The notes under the pieces: model-generated
What the model was told of the DNA's origin: nothing
Seen by the model: only the letters and a program-made list of their open reading frames with translations
Databases searched by the model: none
Program-made: the position numbers and the translations under genes
Source: Candidatus Saccharimonadota bacterium
GTDB lineage: Bacteria > Bacteroidota > Bacteroidia > Flavobacteriales > Blattabacteriaceae
DNA: 32,000 nucleotides
Assembly (NCBI RefSeq): GCF_964030875.1
Contig: NZ_OZ034981.1
Span: forward strand, 256,649-288,648
Direction of reading: 5' to 3'
Shown here: piece by piece, positions 1 through 9,112 of the stretch
Position numbering within the stretch: the first letter of the stretch is position 1
How the letters are laid out: every line of letters begins with the position of its first letter

Positions 1-68
1 TTATTCTTAAAAAGGGTAAAGAATTAGGTTTGTAATAACATGCTCTTTTTACTGCGGACCCTGGCTGC

Positions 69-941
69 TTAATGTATGTGTTTATATGCATGATAAGAAG
101 AACGTACCAACGCACCGCTTTCTACATGTCTAAATCCCATTTTTAACCCTATTTCTTCATATTTTTTAAATTGTTTTGGAGTTATAAACTCTTTTACCGG
201 GAAATGTTTTTTTGTCGGTTGTAAATACTGTCCTATAGTGATGATATCTACGCCTGAAGATTTTAAAACTTCCATCAGTTCAAGAACTTCTATTTCAGTT
301 TCTCCCAATCCTAGCATAATTCCACTCTTTATTCTAGGTTGTCCCATTCTTTTTAAATAACGTAATACTTCTAGGCTACGATAAAATTTCGCTTGTATTC
401 TTACCTCTCTACTTAGTCTAGAAATAGTTTCCATATTATGAGAAACAACTTCCGGACGTTCACGAAGGATTTTATCTAAAAAAAATGTATTTCCTTTAAA
501 ATCAGGGATAAGAGTTTCTAGTGTGGTGCTTGGATTGAATATCCGAATTTTTCGTATGGTATCTACCCAAATAAACGAACCCATATCCTTTAGATCGTCT
601 CGATTTACCGAAGTAATAACTGCATGTTTTATATGCATTAGTTTTATAGAGATAGCTATCTTTTTAGGCTCTTCCCAGTCAATATTTTCTGGTAGGCCTG
701 TTTTTACGCCACAAAATCTACAAGATCTCGTACAAATATTTCCAAGAATCATAAAAGTAGCTACCCCTCTACCCCAGCACTCTCCTATGTTTGGACAGAT
801 TCCACTTTGACAAATGGTATGAAGATTATATTGGTCAACCAACCGACGAATTTTCCTATAATTTTCCCCTGTAGGTAGTTTAACACGAATCCAATTAGGT
901 TTAACAGAATTTTTCTTAGGTGGATCTTTCTTTTCTCTCAT
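69..941 (-). CDS. lipA: lipoyl synthase (radical SAM)
   Basis: 290-aa ORF. It carries the CPNIGECW and [10 protein letters not shown] cysteine motifs and a C-terminal RSSYHA, the LipA signature. Confidence 0.95.
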   Translation of the reverse strand: MREKKDPPKKNSVKPNWIRVKLPTGENYRKIRRLVDQYNLHTICQSGICPNIGECWGRGVATFMILGNICTRSCRFCGVKTGLPENIDWEEPKKIAISIKLMHIKHAVITSVNRDDLKDMGSFIWVDTIRKIRIFNPSTTLETLIPDFKGNTFFLDKILRERPEVVSHNMETISRLSREVRIQAKFYRSLEVLRYLKRMGQPRIKSGIMLGLGETEIEVLELMEVLKSSGVDIITIGQYLQPTKKHFPVKEFITPKQFKKYEEIGLKMGFRHVESGALVRSSYHAYKHIH

Positions 942-1120
942 AGTTTCAATCTACTGTTTTTTTTTTACAATGATAATACAGTAGTAGATTTTGCTCTTGG
1001 GCTACGAGGGATGTGTAATCACCCTTATCACGAAATCCCCAAGGGTATACAGACTTCTTAAGTTTTATTGCATGTATACGGCATTCTCCTCTTCTAGATC
1101 ATACTAGCCGAATAAGTTAC

Positions 1121-1128
1121 TAAATTTG
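1121..1128 (+). promoter_or_regulatory. candidate Bacteroidetes -7 promoter element (TAnnTTTG)
   Basis: TAAATTTG lies 26 nt upstream of the ATG at 1154. No clear -33 TTG partner was seen. Confidence 0.3.
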
Positions 1129-1153
1129 AGGTTACTCACATAAGAAAATCAGT

Positions 1154-1912
1154 ATGATTAGGAAATTACAAGAAGTTACTGTAGAAAAAAAGCTTAGAGA
1201 TTTGTATGACTTACAAATCATAGATTCTCGTATAGACGAAATAAACTCTCTTATAGAGAACTTTCCAATAGAAATTCAAGAAATTGAAAATGAAGTAAAA
1301 AAGTTACAAAAGAAAGTTGAAAAAATCCATAAAGAAATTTATTTCTATCGCAGTTCCTTACAGAAAAAAAAAGAAATGATAAAAGAGGACGAAAATGATA
1401 TAAAAAAACAGCAAGATAAAATCCGGAATAATCGTGAATTAAAATCTTTAAGTAAGGAAATAGAATCCCAAGAACTTGAAATAGAGTTAGCTAACAAAAA
1501 CATTAAGGATTTTGAAATGAAACTCTCTCAAAAAGAGTCTCTCCTTGAGGAATCCGAAATTCTTTACAAGAAAAAGAAAGAACACGTTTTGAAAAAAAGA
1601 AAAGAACTTTATAGAGTTATACAATACTATCAAAAAGAGCAAAAAATATTATTAAAATATTCGGTGATTTTTTCAAAAAAAATAGAACCTCATTTATTAA
1701 AAAAATACAATCGGATACGTTCTAAAGTTAAAAATGGTTTAGCTATTGTTACAGTAGATAGAGGGGCTTCAGGTGGATCTTTCTTTATCATTCCGATGCA
1801 GGAATATTTAGACATCATACAACGGAAAAAAATAGTTATTGATGCACATAGCGGATGTATAGTAATTGACGCTGCTTTAGCAGAAGAGGAACGTAAAAGA
1901 ATTTTGTCTTAA
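1154..1912 (+). CDS. coiled-coil protein with DUF164 / HP0958-like zinc-ribbon architecture; ribbon cysteines not conserved
   Basis: 252-aa ORF. A long Lys/Glu-rich coiled-coil is followed by VTVDRGASGGSFFIIP...DAHSGCIVID, which has the layout of C4 zinc-ribbon DUF164 proteins. Family assignment is from memory of the architecture only. Confidence 0.6.
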   Translation: MIRKLQEVTVEKKLRDLYDLQIIDSRIDEINSLIENFPIEIQEIENEVKKLQKKVEKIHKEIYFYRSSLQKKKEMIKEDENDIKKQQDKIRNNRELKSLSKEIESQELEIELANKNIKDFEMKLSQKESLLEESEILYKKKKEHVLKKRKELYRVIQYYQKEQKILLKYSVIFSKKIEPHLLKKYNRIRSKVKNGLAIVTVDRGASGGSFFIIPMQEYLDIIQRKKIVIDAHSGCIVIDAALAEEERKRILS

Positions 1913-1932
1913 ACAATTATAGCCCATTAAAT

Positions 1933-1956
1933 AAAAGGATTTTTCCTTACTATTAT
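1933..1956. repeat. 24-bp exact copy of dnaJ 3' coding sequence, abutting the mnmA stop codon
   Basis: AAAAGGATTTTTCCTTACTATTAT is identical to 3165-3188 in the same orientation. Confidence 0.9.
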
Positions 1957-3114
1957 TTAGTCAATTATTCCTGAGCCAATGAGTTCTTCACCAAGATACC
2001 AAGCAACAAACTGTCCTTCAGTAATTGCCCATTGTGGTTGTTCAAATATAGTATAAAGTCCAATTTTTACTTTATGTAAAAAAGCTCTCTGTAGAGGTTG
2101 TCTGTATCGTATTCTACATGTAACTTCTAGGCTTTTACCATTATTCAATGCTAGATCAGATCTGACCCAATGAATATCATTTTCCTTAATAAATAAGGCT
2201 CTTTTATAAAGTCCTGGATGATTTTTTCCCATACCAACATATACTATATTTTTCTCAATATCTGTATCTATAACAAAAAGCCTTTCAATCTGTCCTCCTA
2301 TTCGTAACCCTTTTCTTTGTCCTTTAGTGAAATAATACGCACCAGGATGGGATCCTATCACCTTTCCACAATTCCTGTTATAAATCGTCTTTTTTGCCAT
2401 CATCGACCACGTTTCTTCTTTATGTTCCGTAAACACTACATGATTTGAAGGAATCTTTATAATATCTCCATATTGGGGTTTTATTTTTTTCTTAAGAAAA
2501 TCAGGTAGTTTAACTTTTCCTACAAAACAAAGCCCTTGTGAATCTTTTTTATGAGCTGTTATTAACCCAATTTTTTCAGCATATTTTCTTACCTCCCTTT
2601 TTTTTAGTTTCCCTAATGGAAAAAAACTTTTACTCAATTGTTCCTGATTAAGTTGACAAAGAAAATAGGATTGATCTTTCTCATGATCTATTCCTGCTAA
2701 CAATCGGTATATATCACGATGGTTCTTAAATAATTTTTCTCGTCTAGCATAATGACCTGTAGCAATAAAATCAGCTTTAAGTGAAAGTGATTTTGTCAAA
2801 AACAAATCGAATTTTATTTCACGATTGCATAATATATCTGGATTAGGGGTACGTCCATTAGCATATTCTTGAAACATATATTCTATAATACGTTTATCAT
2901 ACATTTCACTCATATCTAGTATATGAAAAGGTATCCCTAGTTGTTGTGCCACAAACATAGCATCAGTACTATCTTCTCTCCAGGAACATTCTTGCTCTGC
3001 ATTGTTACAATGATGCATAAAAACACCTATAACTTCATAACCTTGTTCTTTTAATAGCCATGCTGCTACACTAGAATCTACTCCTCCCGATAGACCTACT
3101 ACTACTCTTGGCAA
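1957..3114 (-). CDS. mnmA: tRNA-specific 2-thiouridylase
   Basis: 385-aa ORF with the PP-loop GLSGGVDSS at the N-terminus and MnmA-like CNREIKF and DSQGLCF blocks. The start codon is TTG. Confidence 0.93.
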   Translation of the reverse strand: MPRVVVGLSGGVDSSVAAWLLKEQGYEVIGVFMHHCNNAEQECSWREDSTDAMFVAQQLGIPFHILDMSEMYDKRIIEYMFQEYANGRTPNPDILCNREIKFDLFLTKSLSLKADFIATGHYARREKLFKNHRDIYRLLAGIDHEKDQSYFLCQLNQEQLSKSFFPLGKLKKREVRKYAEKIGLITAHKKDSQGLCFVGKVKLPDFLKKKIKPQYGDIIKIPSNHVVFTEHKEETWSMMAKKTIYNRNCGKVIGSHPGAYYFTKGQRKGLRIGGQIERLFVIDTDIEKNIVYVGMGKNHPGLYKRALFIKENDIHWVRSDLALNNGKSLEVTCRIRYRQPLQRAFLHKVKIGLYTIFEQPQWAITEGQFVAWYLGEELIGSGIID

Positions 3115-3138
3115 GACGTTAAATTTTTATTGTATAGA

Positions 3139-4242
3139 TTAAAACATCTCTCTGACACGATCAAAAAAGGATTTTTCCTTACTATTATGTGGAAGAAAAT
3201 TATCGTCCTCTTTCATTTTTTCAAACATTTCTCTTTGTTCACGACTGATTTTTTTAGGAATCCATACATTAATATGGATTAGCATATCTCCATGACCACG
3301 TCCTTCAATATTAGGGATTCCCTTTCCCTTAAGACGTAAAATTTTTCCTGAGGGGGTTCCGGATTCTATAGTAATGCGTGCTTTACTTCCTAAGGTAGGC
3401 ACTTCTTTAGTGGTTCCTAAAACAGATTCAGGTATAGATATATACAGGTCATAGTGTAAGTTTATACCTTCACGTTGGAGTTTTTCATGTGGAATTTCTT
3501 CAATTAAAGCAATCAAATCTCCATTCAGACCCTCAGGGGCTTCATTTCCTTTTCCAGATACTTTAAGCTGCATACCTTCTGTTACTCCCGCAGGAATCTG
3601 GATCTTTACGAGTTCCTCCTCCTTAATCATCCCTTGACTATTAGCTCCAACAGGAATATGATCTATAATTTTTCCTCTGCCTTGGCATGCTCCACAAGTA
3701 CTCAGAGTTTGCATTCTTCCTAAGAAAGTATTGGTAATCTTAGAAAATTGTCCATTTCCCTTACAATGTCTACATATTTTAAAGCTTACCCCTTTGGCCA
3801 TTTTCATTCTACGGACTTTTACTTTCTTTTCTACACCCTTGTAAATTTCTTCTAAGGAGAGTTTTATTCTAATTCTAAGATCACTTCCTTTTATACGTTT
3901 TTTTCTAGTATCTCCTCCAAAACCTGAAAACGCACCTTCAAAAGCATCACCAAAAATCTCCCCCAAATTAGCAAAGATATCCTCCATATTCATGCCTGCT
4001 CCCTCAGAATAGGAGTTGACGATGCCGGAATGTCCAAACTGATCATATTTTTTTCTTTTCTCAGGAGAACTCAACACTTCATAAGCCTCAGCAGCTTCCT
4101 TAAATTTTTCTTCTGCTGTCTTATTTCCAGGATTTTTATCGGGATGATAATGTATAGCAAGTTTCCTATAAGCTTTTTTAATCTCTTCTGCAGAGGCATT
4201 TCTTGAGACTCCTAATATTTCGTAATAATCTCTTTTTGCCAT
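3139..4242 (-). CDS. dnaJ: molecular chaperone DnaJ
   Basis: J domain (DYYEILGV...HPDKN), Gly/Phe-rich linker, CxxCxGxG motifs and C-terminal client-binding domains. I start it at the ATG giving [12 protein letters not shown] (4242) rather than at the longest ORF (4260). Confidence 0.93.
   Translation of the reverse strand: MAKRDYYEILGVSRNASAEEIKKAYRKLAIHYHPDKNPGNKTAEEKFKEAAEAYEVLSSPEKRKKYDQFGHSGIVNSYSEGAGMNMEDIFANLGEIFGDAFEGAFSGFGGDTRKKRIKGSDLRIRIKLSLEEIYKGVEKKVKVRRMKMAKGVSFKICRHCKGNGQFSKITNTFLGRMQTLSTCGACQGRGKIIDHIPVGANSQGMIKEEELVKIQIPAGVTEGMQLKVSGKGNEAPEGLNGDLIALIEEIPHEKLQREGINLHYDLYISIPESVLGTTKEVPTLGSKARITIESGTPSGKILRLKGKGIPNIEGRGHGDMLIHINVWIPKKISREQREMFEKMKEDDNFLPHNSKEKSFFDRVREMF
3165..3188. 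repeat. 24-bp repeat partner lying inside dnaJ coding sequence
   Basis: Identical to 1933-1956. Here it encodes part of ...[10 protein letters not shown]... on the minus strand. Confidence 0.9.
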
Positions 4243-4249
4243 GACATGT

Positions 4250-4717
4250 TTATTTACCAACGATAACTTTCGCGTGTCGAATTACTTTATTATGTAAACT
4301 GTAACCACTTTCTACTATTTCTATAATCCTTCCTTTTAATTCTTCTGAAGGAGATAACGTCTGAGTAATAGCTTCATGATAATCTGTATTAAAAGAATCT
4401 CCTTTTTTAACTTGTATTTCTTTAAGCCCGTTTTCTTTAAGAATTCGGAACAATTTATCTTGTATTAATTCAACACCTCGAATAATGTCATCATTTTTTG
4501 ATTTTTTTATTTCCGATATACCTCTTTCAAAATCATCTAGTACAGGAATTAAGGTTATCATAACATCCTTATGAGCAGTTTTAAATAGATCTATTCGTTC
4601 TTTATGAATACGTTTTTTATAATTTTCAAATTCAGCAAAAATCCGCAAAAACTTATATTTTTCTTTTTCTAATTTTTTTGTAAGTTCTTGTTTAAGTGAT
4701 GTATTCATAAGTGACAT
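4250..4717 (-). CDS. grpE: nucleotide exchange factor GrpE
   Basis: [14 protein letters not shown] block and a GrpE C-terminal domain. The longest ORF starts at 4774, but its first 19 codons (Cys/Trp-rich) look non-native, so the ATG at 4717 is preferred. The stop lies 7 nt upstream of the dnaJ start. Confidence 0.88.
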   Translation of the reverse strand: MSLMNTSLKQELTKKLEKEKYKFLRIFAEFENYKKRIHKERIDLFKTAHKDVMITLIPVLDDFERGISEIKKSKNDDIIRGVELIQDKLFRILKENGLKEIQVKKGDSFNTDYHEAITQTLSPSEELKGRIIEIVESGYSLHNKVIRHAKVIVGK

Positions 4718-5168
4718 TTGGCAAAAAAAATTACAACATTCTTGCCACAAAATATAAATCTCTAAAGATGTCATTATTAAAGCGCATTAGTATTATATTC
4801 AGAGTAAAAATAAAATGGATATCTCTGATTTAATTATCATCGGTTCTGGACCGGGTGGTTCCGCTATACGAGCAGCGCAACTTGTATTTAAAACAGCTAT
4901 TATTGAAAAGTATTCGACTCTTGGGTGGACTACGTCGTATGTCTTCCTTCTAAAACGCTATTAGACTCTTCAGAATATTACCAAAATGCACGACAAAATT
5001 TATTTCATTAGTTTTTTATAAAATGATGGAGAGAAAAAACCAAGTTGTATTTAAAACCTGTGAAGGAATAAAGTACCTAATAAAATTTATCATGGAACAG
5101 GTGTTTTCAAAATAAAATCTCAAGATCGTACTTCTAAAGAAATTTCTTTTCGAAACGCTATTATAGCT

Positions 5169-5182
5169 ACTGGATACTGGAT
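5169..5182. repeat. 7-bp tandem duplication (ACTGGAT x2) that frameshifts lpdA
   Basis: Removing one copy restores GCT ACT GGA TCA AAA CCA TCT, which reads ATGSKPS, the conserved Lpd block. Confidence 0.85.
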
Positions 5183-5669
5183 CAAAACCATCTAGTTTTC
5201 CTTATTTAAGGATAGACAAAAATAGAATCATTAGCTCTACTGAAGCTCTTTCATTAAAAGAAATACCCAACCGTTTGGTTATTATTGGAGGAGGGGGAAT
5301 TGGTATAGAAATAGGTTCTCTATATTGAAGACTAGGTAGTGATACAACAGTCATTGAATTGTTCCTTTCATGGATCTTTCTGTGTCTAGAGAACTTAAAA
5401 AAGTCAGTAATAAAATTTGATATTTCTACCTAAGTTACTTACGCTGAATCAAATGGTAAAGAGGTCATAGTGTTGGCAAATCCAAAATATGGAGAATCTC
5501 TTTCCTTGGTATAAGATTATGTGCTGGTAGCTGTTGGTCGAAAGCCTCAGACAAAAGAATTGCAAAGATCGGATTAAGGGATTTAAATAAAAGATTGCAA
5601 AGCACTTGTGATAACATATATGCTATTGGGTATGGGGGAGCTATGTTAGCTCATAAAGCTGAAGAAGAA

Positions 5670-5683
5670 GGTCTTTGGTCTTT
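5670..5683. repeat. 7-bp tandem duplication (GGTCTTT x2) that frameshifts lpdA
   Basis: Removing one copy restores GAA GGT CTT TTT GTA GTT GAA CAT ATG, which reads EGLFVVEHM and continues the AHKAEEEG block. Confidence 0.85.
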
Positions 5684-6072
5684 TTGTAGTTGAACATATG
5701 TACGTACAGTACAAAATACGCATATTAACTATGAATTGATGCCTTCAGTAATATATACTTCTCCTGAGGTGGCTACAGTAGTACTCTATAAATCTTGTCA
5801 ATTCCCTATGCGTGCCTTAGGTAGAACACGTGCCAGTGGCAATTTAATCCTGATAGGAGCTCGTGCTTCTGACATGATCATGGAAGCTATTATAGCTATG
5901 GAATTTTCAGCTGATGCTGAAGATATTGCTATAATTTCACATACACATCCTTCTTTTACAGAAGCCATTCGTGAAGCAGCGCTAGCAACTACTGAAAATA
6001 GACCTAAAAATACATGGTAATAAAAGCTGCTGAAAATTAACCTAGAACGATTAGTAAATGTATAATTACGTT

Positions 6073-7433
6073 ATGTTTAATCAAGATACCATTGTAGCTT
6101 TAGCTACTCCTGATGGCCTCGGAGCTATTTCTGTTATACGAATTTCAGGGTCGAAGGCTTTTTCAATAGTTGAGCAAGTTTTCAAGCCGTTTAAAAAAAA
6201 AACTTAAAATTTCAACATTCTTATACATTGCATCTTGGTCATCTTGTTGATAAAGAGGAAATTTTAGACCAAATTTTAGTTGCTGTATTTAAAGCCCCAC
6301 ATTCTTATACAGGTGAAGATCTTCTAGAAATTTCTTGCCATGGCTCTCCTTATATCGTACGTCGTGTTATTCAATTATTTATTAGAAAAGGAGCTCGTTC
6401 AGCCAGTGAAGGGGAATTCACATTACGTGCTTTTCTTAACGGAAAAATAGATTTATCTCAAGCTGAAGCTATATACGATTTAATCTCTTCAACATCAAAA
6501 ACTGATCATCAATTAGCAATGCATCAACTTAAAGGAGGAGTTTTAAATAAAATTCTATACCTCCGAAAGAAACTTATCGAGTTTTCCTCCCTTATAGAAT
6601 TTTCTCTAGATTTTCCAGAAGAAGATGATTCGACGTATGATAAGACACAACTTTCAAAGTTCCTAATACGGATTAAAAAACATATTCAGACTTTACTTGA
6701 CTCTTTTGCCTTAGGAAATGCAATAAAAGAAGGAATTCCTGTAGTTATTGTAGGTAAACCCAATGTCGGAAAATCTACATTACTTAATGTTTTATTAAAT
6801 GAAGAACGAGCTATTGTTTCAGATATTCCTGGAACTACACGAGATCTCATTGAAGATGAAATAATAATTGACGGTATACGTTTTCGTTTCATTGATACAG
6901 CAGGAATCCGTAACACACAGAATCGTGTAGAAGTTTTGGGTATTAATAAAACTTTTGAAAAAATGCAACAAGCAAAAGTAATTTTTTATATGTTTGATGC
7001 AACCTATTTTAAAAAAAAAACTGTTGTAGAAGAAATACAAAATTTACATACAACGTATACTGACAAAACTATTTTTATTATTGCTAATAAATCAGACCTG
7101 ACTCAGGTCAAAGATTTCCCTTATGTTTTTTTTAGGATTTCAGCGAAAAAAAAAGAAGGTATACTTAGTTTATTAAAAGCACTTTATTATACGATTGATC
7201 GTAGTATGTTACAAAATCGGACTATACTGACCCATATAAGACATTATAACGCTTTACATAGATCTTTAAAGGCTATTTGCAATATTGAAAAAGGAATTCA
7301 AGAAAATCATTCAGGAGATCTACTAGCAGTAGATATACGACAAGCATTAGAATCTATGGGAGAAATCAGTGGTGAGATTAGTAGTGAAGAATTGCTGAAA
7401 AATATTTTTTCCAAGTTTTGTATTGGAAAGTAA
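6073..7433 (+). pseudogene. mnmE: tRNA modification GTPase MnmE, split by a frameshift in an A10 homopolymer (possibly still expressed)
   Basis: From ATG 6073, [26 protein letters not shown]... runs into a TAA at 6205. The remainder ([17 protein letters not shown]...GKPNVGKSTLLN...DTAGIR...CIGK) continues in another frame (track ORF 6228..7433). The two frames meet in the A run at 6193-6202. Confidence 0.85.
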
Positions 7434-7438
7434 CTATG

Positions 7439-7511
7439 TGACCTGGCTGGGGCTTGAACCCAGGACCCTTACATTAAAAGTGTAATGCTCTACCAACTGA
7501 GCTACCAGGTC
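7439..7511 (-). tRNA. tRNA-Lys (anticodon UUU)
   Basis: 73-nt cloverleaf. Acceptor GACCTGG/CCAGGTC, D arm GCTC-AGTTGGTA-GAGC, anticodon stem TTACA/TGTAA with loop CTTTTAA, T arm CTGGG-TTCAAGC-CCCAG, discriminator A. CCA is not encoded. Confidence 0.9.
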
Positions 7512-7589
7512 CCTTTATTCGTAAAATGTACAATTATTTTTTGTCTTTTACAAGCTATAATTTAAATTAGGTACTAATTCTAGAAAATT

Positions 7590-8108
7590 GTGCGAGTTGT
7601 TTTAATAGGATATATGGGAAGTGGTAAAACTACTATTGGAAGAATAGTAGCTAACTATTTAAAGTATCACTTTTATGATCTAGACGAACTTATAACAATA
7701 CAGGAAAAACAAAGTGTTCGAAAAATCTTTTTAGAAAAGGGTGAAGATCATTTTAGATCTATAGAAAAAAATCTTTTAGCACTGTTTTTAAAATCGAAAA
7801 AAGAGTATGTTCTTTCTGCAGGGGGAGGTACACCATGTTATGATAACAATATTTCAATAATGAAACAATTCGCGAAGACAATTTATCTACGTTTAACTCC
7901 AGATATAATATTTAAACGTGTTTTGACTCAAAAGGATCAACGTCCTATCATATCTCATCTCTCTGAGGAAAAACTTTTCGAATTTATTTCTCATCACCTT
8001 ATACAGAGAGTCCCTTTTTATGAAAGGGCTCATTATACAATAGATGTTTATGATAAATCTATTGACGAAATAGCTAGAGATATCCACGATTTCTTATTAT
8101 CTCTATAA
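7590..8108 (+). CDS. aroK: shikimate kinase
   Basis: 172-aa ORF with a GTG start, Walker A GYMGSGKTT, and AroK-like size and layout. Confidence 0.9.
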   Translation: MRVVLIGYMGSGKTTIGRIVANYLKYHFYDLDELITIQEKQSVRKIFLEKGEDHFRSIEKNLLALFLKSKKEYVLSAGGGTPCYDNNISIMKQFAKTIYLRLTPDIIFKRVLTQKDQRPIISHLSEEKLFEFISHHLIQRVPFYERAHYTIDVYDKSIDEIARDIHDFLLSL

Positions 8109-8111
8109 TTT

Positions 8112-9059
8112 ATGGATTTAAGATTATCTTTTTTCAATAACTTTAATAAAATACTGCCATCAAATACTAGACATATTTTAGTGGCGGTGAGTGGTGGAGT
8201 AGATAGTATGGTATTACTAGATCTTTTCCAAAATTCTATTTTTTCATTGAGCGTGGCACACGCTAATTTTCAGTTGCGTTCTATAGAGTCCGATGCTGAT
8301 GAGGATTTTGTCAAAAACAAATGTCTCCAAAAACAAATACCATTTTATGGTAAACGTTTTGACATTCTTACTCATGCCAGAATGAATAAATGTTCTGTAC
8401 AAATGTCTGCGAGGACTTTACGTTATAATTGGTTTTATCATTTGGTGAAAAATCTTCATTGTGATTGTATAGTTTTAGGTCATAATCTCAATGATGAAAT
8501 AGAAACTTTTTTTCTTAACTTGTCAAGAGGAACCGGGTTAAAGGGATTACTTGGAATTCCTAAAAAGGTAGGACCTATATTACGTCCGTTATTACCTTTC
8601 ACTAGAAAACAAATTATGCTATATGCTAGGAGCCGGAATCTTCATTGGAGAGAGGACTCCAGTAATAAAGAATATAAATATTTACGAAATGTTATCCGGC
8701 ATCGTGTAGTCCCTGTTCTCTTTAAAATTTTCCCGAATTTTGAACAAAATTTTTCTAAGACTCTCTATCACCTAAATCAGTATTATTCTCTTTCAGAACA
8801 AGCAGTTCATATATCACGAATACAAATTACAGTGATGAAGAAGATTGATCCTTTTTTATGGGAAATAAATACTGAAGTTTTAAAAAGATTTTATCCCCTA
8901 AACGGTTATCTTTTTCGTTTATTTTCTCCCTATGGGTTTAAAAATTTGCCTGATTTAAAACGTCTTTTACAAGCACAGCCTGGAAAACAACTGTTTTCAA
9001 AATATTATCGTCTTGTAAGTGGTCAAAATCGTTGGTTACTCATGCAAAAAAAAAGATAA
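8112..9059 (+). CDS. tilS: tRNA(Ile)-lysidine synthetase, short form
   Basis: 315-aa ORF with an N-terminal PP-loop (VAVSGGVDS) and the conserved TilS HNLNDExET block. It lacks a long C-terminal extension. Confidence 0.88.
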   Translation: MDLRLSFFNNFNKILPSNTRHILVAVSGGVDSMVLLDLFQNSIFSLSVAHANFQLRSIESDADEDFVKNKCLQKQIPFYGKRFDILTHARMNKCSVQMSARTLRYNWFYHLVKNLHCDCIVLGHNLNDEIETFFLNLSRGTGLKGLLGIPKKVGPILRPLLPFTRKQIMLYARSRNLHWREDSSNKEYKYLRNVIRHRVVPVLFKIFPNFEQNFSKTLYHLNQYYSLSEQAVHISRIQITVMKKIDPFLWEINTEVLKRFYPLNGYLFRLFSPYGFKNLPDLKRLLQAQPGKQLFSKYYRLVSGQNRWLLMQKKR

Positions 9060-9078
9060 CAGATTTAATATTATTTAT

Positions 9079-9086
9079 TATTTTTG
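9079..9086 (+). promoter_or_regulatory. candidate Bacteroidetes -7 promoter element (TAnnTTTG)
   Basis: TATTTTTG lies 27 nt upstream of the pdhA ATG. Confidence 0.3.
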
Positions 9087-9112
9087 TTCTGTGAATAGAA
9101 TCCGATTTAAAC

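Larger units (their letters stand above)
4815..6020 (+). pseudogene. lpdA: dihydrolipoyl dehydrogenase (E3), multiply frameshifted with internal stops
   Basis: [23 protein letters not shown] (FAD GxGxxG) starts at 4815. The blocks [53 protein letters not shown] and C-terminal HTHPSFTEAIREAALA then appear in the correct order but are spread over three frames with in-frame stops. The redox CxxxxC region is destroyed. Track ORF 5736..6020 is only the C-terminal fragment. Confidence 0.87.

Noticed and set aside
40-130. AAGCAGCCAGGGTCCGCAG on the minus strand, downstream of and overlapping the lipA stop, resembles the GGAAGCAGCC core of SRP (4.5S) RNA.
   Set aside because: The required upstream half (GGUCCGGAAGG, GNRA loop context) would fall inside lipA coding sequence and is not there. 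The order of the elements is wrong for helix 8.
523-810. Track ORFs lying antisense inside well-supported genes: 523..810, 6686..6916, 6819..7040, 7893..8087, 9266..9457, 12497..12700, 13692..14009, 14808..15008, 16443..16658, 20678..20893, 20808..21041, 21291..21551, 23933..24226, 24312..24662, 25238..25423, 25697..25879 and 29262..29495.
   Set aside because: Each is fully nested in, or out of frame with, a conserved housekeeping gene. They have low-complexity or antisense-style composition (Ser/Phe/Ile-rich) and no recognisable motifs, so they are ordinary shadow ORFs of an AT-rich genome.
949-992. Imperfect inverted repeat AATCTACTG ... CAGTAGTAGATT flanking a T-rich loop, just upstream of the lipA start.
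   Set aside because: It lies between divergent starts, so it is not a terminator. The stem is AT-rich with a 3-nt bulge and is probably fortuitous.
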